Under the pieces are notes generated by a model. It saw nothing but the letters and a program-made list of their open reading frames with translations, made no database searches and was not told the origin of the DNA. Positions 26,190 through 36,766 of a stretch of DNA of 64,000 bases are shown here, in pieces. The stretch's first letter is position 1. Each line of letters opens with the position of its first letter. Origin of the DNA: Eledone cirrhosa (lineage: Eukaryota). The stretch lies in NCBI GenBank assembly GCA_964016885.1, contig OZ024743.1:236716001-236780000 (forward strand). Reading direction: 5' to 3'. Both the position numbers and the translations under genes were made by a program.

Positions 26190-26583
26190 AGTCACTCCAG
26201 GTAGAGCCACTACTTCTCCAAATTGGGAGATTACAGCTCTGATACTATGGACATGTGGTTAGAATATCTCAGGAAAGAATCACTGGACAGATTTTACGGG
26301 CAAAACCAACTGACAGGAGACCCAGGGGTAGACCCAGTGCAAGATGGTTGGATAACATACATGGGCTTGGCTGGTCTCGCTTGGGGGTCCAGCTGGATCA
26401 GTTGGAGATGGTTGTTTCTGACAGGACCCACTGGAGGGAGTGTTTAAGGACTCTGTCCCCACGACTCTCTCAAGAAGAAGAAGAAGAAGAAGAAGAAGAA
26501 GGGGGAGGAGGAGGAGGGGGGGGGAAGAAGAAGAAGAAGAAGAAGAAGAAGAAGAAGAAGAAGAAGAAGAAGAAGAAGAAGAA
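26190..26583 (+). mobile_element. 3' end of RTE-clade LINE with (GAA)n tail
   Basis: Translates as VEPLLLQIGRLQL*YYGHVVRISQERITGQILRAKPTDRRPRGRPSARWLDNI...DRTHWRECL, matching the RTE C-terminal GHV.R...RPRGRP..RW.D motif, and ends in (GAA)n. Confidence 0.8.
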
Positions 26584-26796
26584 ATACCGCAAAGTATTTT
26601 GTCTGATGTTCTAATACTTCTGCCAATTAACCAAGCGGTGTTTCATAATCTTGGCATACCATCCAGTGTATATAAATTCCAGCTTTGACATGACTGTGAA
26701 TTCTTTAGTTTTAGTCAAAGACAAGGAAGCTAAAGACAATGTGGTTAAATGCCCCTCCTCCCACCACTACCACCACTACCTCCATCACATATTCTA
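26584..26796 (-). mobile_element. degenerate R4/Dong-like (RLE-type) LINE fragment, downstream part: zinc knuckle and RH region
   Basis: Minus-strand translation with frameshifts: RICDGG..FNHIVFSFLV/LTKT/IHSHVKAGIYIHWMVCQDYETP...EHQ, resembling CRxC..ETIxHIVSGCxxLAxxEYxxRHxxVxxYIHWxxC...WYEH. Confidence 0.7.
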
Positions 26797-26990
26797 GCCG
26801 GCGGATTGGATTATTTTCCGCCGTTTACACGGGGCCTCCCCGAAGGAAGCTAGTTGGCGGCGTGTTGTCGTCGCGTCGACCAAGCTACTCCACGCTGCCG
26901 TTCGGGCGTCGTCATCGGCGGCTGGATTCCCCTGCAGCCAAACGGGTCGGAGGCGGCCAACTGGGCACGCCTTAAAGGCGGAACACGCAT

Positions 26991-27062
26991 CGGAGGCGGA
27001 GGGCGGAGCGGAGGCGGAGGGCGGAGCGGAGGCGGAGGGCGGAGCGGAGGCGGAGGGCGGGC
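26991..27062. repeat. 18-bp G-rich repeat (GGAGGCGGAGGGCGGAGC) x~4 in IGS unit 1
   Basis: Direct; absent from unit 2. Confidence 0.9.
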
Positions 27063-27228
27063 GTTAACGTGCAGGCGGGGCGGACGAGTTCTAGACGGCA
27101 TGTCGTTCGAGGCGGAGACATCCAACATAGCATAGGGTAAGCCGGCACGTACCCGTCTTGAAAACGGAATATTCACGACTCTCAACGGGTAGCATCCGGA
27201 ATCGTTTTCTTCGAGCTCGCCCGATCAA

Positions 27229-27262
27229 GCTTACCCTATATAATAGACAGGACCCCCTGGCC
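27229..27262 (-). promoter_or_regulatory. putative Pol I spacer promoter (+1 ~27237)
   Basis: Minus strand GGCCAGGGGGTCCTGTCTATTATATAGGGTAA, identical to the motif ahead of the 5'ETS; TATATAGGG-type initiator. Confidence 0.65.
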
Positions 27263-27846
27263 AGGCTGCAAAACCCGTACTCGTTGGTATTCCCCGCAGG
27301 CGTTTCGCAACCCTACGGGTCGGCGGCGGTTCCGCGTCGCCGGCGAGTTGCGAACTTTCTCGCGATCGAAGCGGGAAGACGAATAAAGGAACGTTTGCCG
27401 GGTTCGAGGCGGAAGACGGAAGGCGTCGTGTCGCGTCGGGGAACTTCGCCTCGCGTCACGTATACACGCCTCTTGCCGTCTGTCTTTCCCGGCAGCTACT
27501 CGTAAAAGTACGGGTCGGCGCCGGAACCGCCTAGCCGGCGGATTGGATTTCTTTCTGCCGTCTACACGGGGCCTCCCCGAAGGAAGCTAGCTGGCGGCGT
27601 GTTGTCGTCGCGTCGACCAAGCTACAACAGGCCGCCGTCCGGGCGTTGTCATCGGCTGGATTCCCCTGCAGCCACACGGCTCAGAGGCGGCCATCTGGGC
27701 ACGCCTTAACAACGGAACACGCATCGGAGGCGGAGACATCCGACATCACATAGGGTAAGCCGGCACGTACCCGTCTTGAAAACGGAATATTCACGACTCT
27801 CAATGGGTAGCACCCGGAATCGTTTTCTTCGAGCTCGTCCGATCAA

Positions 27847-27880
27847 GCTTACCCTATATAATAGACAGGACCCCCTGGCC
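27847..27880 (-). promoter_or_regulatory. putative Pol I spacer promoter (+1 ~27855)
   Basis: Same motif as 27229-27262 and 44104-44135. Confidence 0.65.
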
Positions 27881-28185
27881 GAGTAAGCATCGCCATAGCC
27901 GATCGTATTCCCCGCTACCAACTCGCAACCCTACGGGTCGGCGGCGGATCCGCCTCGACGGCGGATTGATTACTTTCTAGCGATCGAAGCGGGAAGGCGT
28001 GGACGAATAAAGGAACGTTTGCCGGGTTCTAGGCGGAAGACGGAAGGCGTGTGTCGCGTCGCGTAACTTCGCCTCGCGTAGCCTATACACGCCGTCATGC
28101 CGTCTGTCTTTCCCGGCAGCTACTCGTAAAAGTACGGGTCGGCGGCGGAACCGCCTAGACGGCGGAATGGATTTCTTTCCGCCGT

Positions 28186-28545
28186 CTACACGTAAAACAT
28201 AACTTGGAAGACGGACGACGGATGGGCGGCTTGTATCACACACAGACACACACATACACCACACAGAGGCCGGCTACACGTAAAACATAACTTGGAAGAC
28301 GGACGACGGATGGGCGGCTTGTATCACACACAGACACACACACACACCACACAGAGGCCGGCTACACGTAAAACATAACTTGGAAGACGGACGACGGATG
28401 GGCGGCGACGACGTGTAACACACAGACACACACACACACACAGACCGCCTACACGTAAAACATAACTTGGAAGACGGACGACGGATGGGCGGCGACTACG
28501 TGTAACACACAGAGATACGCAAAACTAATCAACTCGGAAGACGGA
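28186..28545. repeat. ~88-bp IGS subrepeat x4 downstream of 28S
   Basis: CTACACGTAAAACATAACTTGGAAGACGGACGACGGATGGGCGGC at 28186, 28274, 28362 and 28449. Confidence 0.93.
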
Positions 28546-28924
28546 TCGGCGGCACTCGAACCAAGGCTGTGTCGCATTCACCGTGGACTCTCTTTTTTCG
28601 ATGCTAATCGACTTTGAGGGTCGTTGGCGCAACCTGGCAAACGAGCGGCGAGCGAGATCGTCGTAAAAGTTGGCGCGCGGAAAGTGGTTGGTGGTTGGTG
28701 GTTTGCAGTAGCAGCGGCGGAACTGTTAAAAGAATGGGCTAAGGCCCGCACGGACGGACGGAGCGGACTTGTTTGTATGTCGTCGTCGTTGTTGCTACGC
28801 TAACCCGTCGAAAGAAAGCCGCGTCATTGCTCCAACCCGGTAGCTGCTGCTGCTATCTCTCGTTCGTTCGTTCCTTAGCCGCTTTCGAATTTCTTCTTTT
28901 TTTGTTCTTTTGCCTGCCGCCTCG

Positions 28925-29477
28925 GTGGGCGGATCGTGTCGTTCGTGAGAAGAGACTCAATAGATCGCAGTGTGGTAGCTGCTCTACTAAGCACGTCACT
29001 CCGAACGGCAAGTCGAGTCGTATACAAGCGATCCTTTTCGTCTCGATCTCTTTCGACAAATCGAACGGACGACGACGACGACGAATCGTCGTAATCGTCA
29101 CAGAATGGCAATTCCGCTGACGCTGCCGCCGACGACGACGCGCACCCCGAAAAGGGAAGCGACTTCGCCGAACGGACGGCAATCGCCAAACTAAGGCATG
29201 CGCCTTAAGAAGGTTGAGACGCTTTCGAAAAACAACTCGGGTCCGGCTACGGTTCCGGCTTAGAGGCGTTCAGCCGTTATCGCTCAGAGGCAGCCTGGCA
29301 CTACCGCTCTATCGAGCGAGCGCGCAAACCGTTGCTCTGATCCCGCGGTTCCTCTCGTACTGGACGGGATAGCCGTAGCCGAGTTGACGTTGCCGGCGGC
29401 GACGCCGACCGCAGCCGCCTTCGAGAAGGTGGCTGTAGCCGCCACCACCGCCGCCTACACGCAATGCATCGGTAGGA

Positions 29478-29514
<37 letters not shown>

Positions 29515-29566
29515 AACGTTCCTTGTTAGTGGGTGAACAATCCAACGCTTTGCTAATTCTGCTTCG

Positions 29567-29604
<38 letters not shown>

Positions 29605-29627
29605 GACGTCGCTGCGAACGCTTAGCC

Positions 29628-29670
<43 letters not shown>

Positions 29671-30208
29671 CGGCGGACGCATAGCTCGCCGCTATTCGGA
29701 AAGGATCGATGGGCCACGCTTTCGCGGTCCGTATTCGTACTGAAAATCGAGATCGAGTGAGCTTTTGCCCGTTTGCTCAACGTGTGGTTTCCGTCCACGC
29801 TGAGCTCGCCTTGGGACACCTGCGTTACCCTTTGACAGACGTACCGCCCCAGTCAAACTCCCCGACCGACACTGTTCTCGACTAAGGGTCGCGCATCGGC
29901 TGCGTCGGCGCACAACGTGTGCGCGCGCGACATGCACCGCACGCTTCGCACCAGATAAATGAACCACCGCTCGGCGACGGCCCCGTCCCTTCTCAATCGA
30001 GTGAGCAAAGAAACTACGGAAGTGGCGGTTTTTCATCGACGCAAACGCGCACGGTACCCGACAGACGGCGAACGCCGCCGCAAAGCCGCCGCAAAGCCGC
30101 CGCAAAGCCGCCGCAAAGCCGCAAGCGACCCGCAAACGACGCTGCCGCCTGCCGAGAGACGCAAGATTGCTCCCGCCTATGCTACGCCTACCGTGTGCCC
30201 TCACAAAA

Positions 30209-30248
<40 letters not shown>

Positions 30249-30364
30249 CGATCCGTCCAAGCCCGTTCCCTTGCTGTGGTTTCGCTAGACAGTAGATAGG
30301 GACAGTGGGAATCTCGTTGATCCGTTCATGCGCGTCACTAATTAGATGACGAAGCATTTGGCTA
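28925..30364 (-). rRNA. 28S rRNA, 3' part (downstream of R2 insertion)
   Basis: Sense strand starts TAGCCAAATGCTTCGTCATCTAATTAG; contains CAGAAAAGTTACCACAGGGATAACTGGCTTG, GGTTTAGACCGTCGTGAGACAGGTTAG and the sarcin-ricin loop AGTACGAGAGGAAC; terminal CTGCGATCTATTGA near 28960. The 3' end is approximate. Confidence 0.95.
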
Positions 30365-31024
30365 TTTTAGCTAGCATTTAACAAGTGCTTTTTTCAAAGC
30401 ACGAGACGCTTTTCCCTATTTTTATATGTGGGTGGTCCCACGGCCAACGCCATTTAGCTCAATATGGCATGAATGGTGTGCCGATGTCAATCCGGTAGGT
30501 ACCGACCGCAGTTCAAACCGCTCACCGGCCGTGGCAGAATTATCATGTCACGCCGACCGCAATTCGATCCGCCATCTGTCAATCCAGTATTTAAAACCCA
30601 ATAAACTAAAATAAGGTGGTCGTGCAGCGCTCGACCACCCCAAAAAAAAGAAAAAAAAATGAGACCGCTCCACGAGACCCAAGTTTCCCACTCTCCTATT
30701 CAACATTCAATTAATAAGTTTTAATAACCAACAAAATAACAAAAATAAAAACACAGACGCGTAACCCTGCAACGGGGGGTAAAGGGCGTGCTAACGTGAA
30801 CCCACCACGAACGCCCGGACTCGCGGAGCCGGCGGAGTCGTCTTACTTCTCCTTCACTCGGATTTTCTATCCGACCGCTTACCGGGTTAGTTTAGTTAAT
30901 CGGAATTAGGAAGAGTGGACCCGGGCTCTAACGCGCGCGCAAAAAAAAAGAAAAAAAAAATCCGAGGCAATCATCCCCCGAACCCAGTATGGGCCCATAC
31001 AAGAGGGGAGCAGACGACAATCAG

Positions 31025-34000
31025 TCAAAGCGAGAGGGAGGGCTCCCAGCCGACCCTCCAGCCAAGGCGCATGGATTCGTCCGCTATCAGTTGGCACAGC
31101 TGGTCATGCCGGGCCAGTCGCTTTCTCTTGAGAAGAGGGCACTGGCCACTGATATGGGCGATTGTCTCCGCGGCCGTTCCACAACGTCGGCAGGTCTTAT
31201 CACCGCGACCGCCTCTCGCCAAGCATTCCCGGGTGGGAAACGTATTAGTTCGCAATTTGAGACAACTCAAAAAGGTCCCCTCAGAAACCACACCCGGGCG
31301 GAGCAACCAATCGTTGCCGATTCGGTCACCCCGGAACGACCCCGCACACGCCCCCTGGACGGGCTGGGAGGCCCAGGCCTCGGCGGCCTGCCGTCCAAGA
31401 TCGGGCGCGTACGTGGACGTGCCCGGCGGGACCGGAGGCAGCCCATAACGTAACGCTATCTCGCTGTTCCGCGTAGCGAGGCCCGCCGATTCCGCCATGA
31501 GACGAACCGCGTCATAACGAGAGACTAGCAAACAGAGATTCTTACGAATCACGATGGATGGGATTAACTTCGCCAAATGGCAAAGACCCAATCCACCGTC
31601 CCGCTTGCTACAGTACAAGAAGGAAACCGAGGTCGACACATGCAGATGCATAATCCTACGTGTTCCCGCGCGAATCGCCGCGTCTAGCTCCTCGAGTTTA
31701 ATCCGGCTAGGCATCACCTGCACCAGACTGTAAAACAATCTAGGCAGGTAATACTGTTGTAGCAGATGGAATTTCTGCTGGGGCTTCAGTGGAGCACAGC
31801 AAATCTTATCGACACACTGTGACACCCGCTCCACCGAAACTTTCAACTCGAGGTTTGACCACGGGCCGACACTAACACCTAAGTAAGAGCATTTCTCTGC
31901 AGGGTCGATTCTCAAGAGCTGAATACCATCAATCTCAGGGGCGGAGTCCGTGTTGACCAAGAAAGACTTCCCCCACGCTTTAATCGAGAAGAAGGCGCAT
32001 TTGGAGACATTCACTGCTAGCCCCATCTCCCGGTAGAAAGACACACACCTGTCAACTAGGCGCTGCATCTCCACCGAAGAGCCGGACACCAGAGCATTGT
32101 CATCCGCGTACGCCAAACTCGACAAACCCAACTCTCCAATTCATAAGCCACAGTCGTTGGATAAAGCGTCCAACAGCGGATCAGTGGCAATGTTGAAGAG
32201 AAGGGGCGAGAGGGCATCTCCTTGCCGTACTCCTCGCCTGATCGAGATGGCTCTGCTCGTTTCCTCTCCGACCGAGAATTTTGTGACACAGCCCTCGTAC
32301 AGACCTCTCACGACTTCGACCATGTGTTCGTGAAATCCAAGTCTTCTCATGCCCGCAAACACGAGTGAGTGCGGGACAGTATCGAAGGCCTTGGCAAGGT
32401 CCAAGAAGGCCACGTTCAACTGCCGAATCCTCGATCGAGCTAGCCCACCCCTAGTGCGAGCGATTAGTTGCCGCAGTAAAAATAAATTCTCACTGCAGCC
32501 GTCCGCATTAATGAACCCTCGTTGAGCCGGGTTCAGGGGTGTTACCTGAAGCATTCTTTTAGAGAGAATCCTGGTGTATAGACGATACACGGCAGAGCAT
32601 ATCGTCAGGGGTCTCCAATTTGAAATGTCGATCGGACCGTCCATCTTTTTGCGAATGAGGACTGACCTTCCTTGCTTTTCAAGATATCGGGAACTCTCCC
32701 GGCTAGCAGCAAACAGTTAAATAGGTTCACTAGAGTTGCAGGGTCGATTGCGCGTACCTGTTGGGGCGTGATTCCGTCGGGCCTCGGAGCCGAATGCGGA
32801 TCCATACACCTACGCGCACCCACAACTTCGGACACGGTGAACGGCCGCAAAAGCGACTCATTATTCACCACCTCCGTTGCGGGATACGCGCTAAGATCCA
32901 CATCTGGTCCAGGGACGGAGAATCTCTCTTCGTAAGCAGACGCGATGTCCGCCATCGGGACAGGACACACCCCCTGCATCTCTTCGCCTAAAATTACTGT
33001 AAGGAGCTTCTTCCTGTCTCGGTCATACAAAAACTGGTAGCGAGCGTAGAGCAGACTCTTTTCACTCTTTCTACCAGTTTTCTTATAGGGCCTTTTAAAT
33101 CTACTCTTTTTCCGTGTATTTCGCGCTCTACCACGCCCTCTGCTCGAGCGCACATTGTTCACCCATTCGTCGACAAACCCGGCGAACGCATCCCAGCTCT
33201 CATCCGTGATCTCATCACAAAATGTGACAAGACACTCGGCAAAAGCGGCGGACCATCGAGAGCGCCCAGGCTCCACCGCCTCGCCAAACAAGTTCCTCCA
33301 ATCGTTATCAGAGGCAACCGGGATGGACGCTCCACTCGGCTGGCTAGGCGGCCGTCTCTCTAACGACCCTGCAGAACGGGTAGGGGACTGTTCACAGTGT
33401 TTTTTTCTATTCCTTAGATCGCTCCTCTTCGAACTAATCTGTTTCACAGTCTTTCCGGGCAGGAAAGGAGCGATCCCAAGATTGACACGACGACACCCCG
33501 CCTTAAGAAGCTCGTCCTCCTTTTCGAGAAGGATCGAAACCTCCTGCTCGGACCAACAACCACGACCAACCCGGGTGCGGGGCTGCCCAGCCCTCTCGCG
33601 AGAGGCTGCAGCAGCACGAGAGGCACGCTTCTTTCCGATCTCCTCCGCGTGTTTCGCGATCCTGCGGCGATTGGCAACCACTGGATGACGATGCCTCTCG
33701 TGCTGTGATCTTCCTGCGACCGTACGGAAGGCACGGTCGCACTCTCCGTACCAGTGGATCAAGTCCGAGACGGCGGGAATATCGTCCCATCTCCTGCCCG
33801 TACATCGGCCCACGTGCACCCGGAACGAATGCAGATGACAACTTTCCCTACCGCATTTGCTACACCTAAAAACTGCCTTTCGCTCATGACAGCGAAGCAA
33901 ATGCTCCGCCCAACCAGACGGGCCCGAGAAATGACGCGAACAGCACGAACAAAACAAAACTACGCTCTTACAAGGAATCTCGAGACAGTCCTCCCCCGCG

Positions 34001-34353
34001 ACCGTTGGCCCAACCTCACATACAAATTCCACGGGGTCGCGCGCGAGCCACGACGGCAGTTGCTTGCCTTTCAAGACCAAAGCGTGGGTTGGGTACTCCA
34101 GAGTAAATTTATCGGGTGTATCCCTACGGACTAGTATAGTCGGTATCTGAATCCTCCGGTAGGTCAAATCCAGTGAGCCGGCGCTCTTACGAGGAACATG
34201 GCCCGGCTCTTTGCCAGTCCTCGGAGACAGTTGCCAATCGCAGAGGGCCATTACAGAACGCTGCGACAGGCCGAAGGGACCTATCCCATTCCCTCCGGCC
34301 ACTGGTTTTTCGGCCCCCAGCTGCCGTTTGGAATTCAAAATATGTGTCATCAT
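31025..34353 (-). pseudogene. disrupted R2 ORF (ZF-ZF-ZF-Myb-RT-CCHC; endonuclease missing)
   Basis: CSCC..HLLRCH, CSKC..HVGRC, YGEC..HERHRH, WSEQE...KTVKQISSKR, APRPDG, NWRPLTI, QRGF, LDLAKAFDTV, GVRQGDALSPLLFN, YADD, YLG, CRRC..ETIAHISGQC, RHD. Frameshift ~32678, in-frame TGA at 32141-32143, ends at GWEPSLSL*. Confidence 0.93.
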
Positions 34354-34519
34354 AATTTAGGCACCAATTAGTTCGTCTTAATGTGGCCGACTAACCGAGA
34401 ATGGTAAAACCTGCCGAGTCAACCCTGACCACCGCAAAAAAAAAAAGGAAAAGCGGGGCGGAGCTGCCTCTCTCGTACAGCTCAAAACCACGGACTTAAG
34501 CTCTCTTCCCACGTCAAGG

Positions 34520-34603
34520 GGTACCTGTAGAGCGCCGCGTCTCGGGCGGCGTCCGGTGCGCTCTCGGCGGCCCTGGAAAATCCGGGTCCGTAACGATTCG
34601 CAG
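34520..34603 (+). other. inverted 84-bp copy of 28S segment 35683-35766 inside the R2 5' junction
   Basis: Reverse complement of 35683-35766 with one mismatch. Confidence 0.95.
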
Positions 34604-34664
34604 AGGTCAACCCTGACCACCGCAAAAAAAAAAAAGGAAAAGAGGGGCGGAAAAAAGGAAAAGC

Positions 34665-34707
34665 GTTACTCCCGCCGTTTACCCGCGCTTGGTTGAATTT
34701 CTTCACT

Positions 34708-34739
<32 letters not shown>

Positions 34740-36723
34740 CGCGTCTATGCGGCTCGGCCGGCTACGCGATGCTCTGTTTTAATTAGACAGTCGGATTCCC
34801 CCGGTCCGTACCAGTTCCGAGTTGACCGTTCGCCGCCGGCCGAACGCCTGCCGCGCGTCTCGGCAACCGCCCTCCTCCTCGCGAAGAAGAAAGAAAGAAG
34901 CTACCGACGCGCCAACGAGCCCGAAGCCGTGTCGCTCCACGGTGTCCCGGGCGTGGAGCCGTGTTGTTCGCGCCCACTACGCATCGAACGTCGCAAAAAG
35001 CGACCGAAACGCCGCTCGCCAACGCCAAGCTAGCGCCTCTCCAAGCCCCCCGTTTCCGACCGACAAAAACGAAGAAAACGAAGAAAAAAAGACGACGACG
35101 ACGCGCGAGCCGCCGGCACTGCGACGAACAGTAAGGAAAGAAAAAAAAACGAAAGAACAAAACAAAAGCGAGCAGAAAACGAAAAAAACAAACCGCCCTT
35201 ACGGGCGACAAGCCTCTCCTGTCTGCTACGCCTTCATCCCTCCTCCGCGGTAATCTTTCAACAACCCCGTCCGCTCCCGCGCGACCAACCCGCAGCCGCC
35301 GCCGCCTTCTTCCTCTCTCTCTCCTCGCCGCCAACCGAAAGAAAGGCAAGGAAAAACGAAACGAACGCAACGAAACGGGCGCAAACCGGCCACCCGACCG
35401 ACGCTCGAACGTCGAGTCCGACGCCAACGCTACAGTCCCGTACCGGTTCACCGCTTCGCGTACAGACGTGCCGCGCGACCGATCCCGAGTTTTTGGAAAA
35501 AAACAAGACGGCCGACAGGCCGACACACACACGGCCCGACCGACCCGGTCCTCGGAGACAATCCTTCTTCCGAAGGTACGGATCCATTTTGCCGACTTCC
35601 CTTACCTACATTGGCGCTATCGACGAGAGGCTGTACACCTTGGAGACCTGCTGCGGATGGTGGGTACGGACCGACTCGAGAGCTGCGAATCGTTACGGAC
35701 CCGGATTTTCCAGGGCCGCCGAGAGCGCACCGGACGCCGCCTGAGACGCGGCGCTCTACAGGTACCATATCCGTATCTCCGGACGAGCCGATTCCACGGA
35801 CGCGGTTCTTTACGAAGAAGAGAGAACTCTTCCCGGGGCTCCCGGCAACGTCTCCGGGCTCGCTTGCGTTGCCGCTGCTTCGCCCGACCGCCGGCTTCGA
35901 TGACGCGACGACGCGTTAAATTCCACCGACGGACGAGCACTCTCCGAGTTCGGGTTCGGGAATATTAACCCGATTCCCTTTCGATGCAAGGCCGGCCGTA
36001 ACAAAAACAGAGAAGAAAATAAAAAACGAATTTTTCAAAATCATTCTCTTTCTCGACAACGGATCCGGCGCCTTTAGTACAAGCTTTCGCCCGCTTCTTA
36101 GGACCGACTGACCCGTGCTCGACCGCCGTTGGCACGGAACCCTTCTCCACTTCGGTCTTCGAAGGTCTCGTTCGAATATTTTCTACTACCACCGAGATCT
36201 GCACCCGCGGTCGGCTTCACACGGGCTCACGCCCGCGGCTTCCGTGCACGCCGCGGCGCCTTCCTACTCGACCAGGCATCGAAGAAAGTTACGTCGTGTC
36301 ACCTTTTTTCGCCTATCGCCTGGCCGGTCCGGCATCGGTCGCTCGCTCCAGCGCCATCCATTTTCGGGGCCGGTCGATTCGGCAGGTAAGTTGTTACACA
36401 CTCCTGAGCGGATTCCGACTTCCGTGGCCACCGTCCTGCTGTCTATATCGACCGACACCCTTTCGGGGATCTAATGGGCGAAGCGTAGGGCACCTTAGCC
36501 GGACGTTCGGTTCATCCCACATCACCAGTTCTGCTTACCAAAAGTGGCCCACTTGGCACCGTGCATTCGTCGCCGAGACGGCGGCCGCCTCCGATCGGGA
36601 GAGAGAGCGGCCCGTTTCGCTCGTTCCGAGTTCGAGAGTAGATCGAGGCCGTCAACGTCCCCGGGGCCTCCAGTCGTTCGCTTTACCGGACGGAATTGCG
36701 TGTCGTTCTGTCTGCTGCTGGCG

Positions 36724-36766
<43 letters not shown>

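Larger units (their letters stand above)
26794..28190 (-). repeat. rDNA IGS promoter-containing repeats (units of ~737 and ~624 bp plus a partial third)
   Basis: Units begin CTAG(C/A)CGGCGGA at 26794, 27531 and 28155; homologous to 44100-44501 upstream of the 5'ETS. Confidence 0.9.
30365..34664 (-). mobile_element. R2 non-LTR retrotransposon (three-zinc-finger, clade-A architecture) at the canonical 28S site
   Basis: 3' junction ...GCTAGCTAAAA|TAGCCAAATG is the R2 site; ORF remnants with zinc fingers, Myb, RT and CCHC; ~650-nt 3'UTR. Confidence 0.96.

Noticed and set aside
30365-34664. Group I intron or homing endonuclease in 28S
   Set aside because: The RT, zinc-finger and Myb domains, the A-tailed 3' end and the exact site identify R2.
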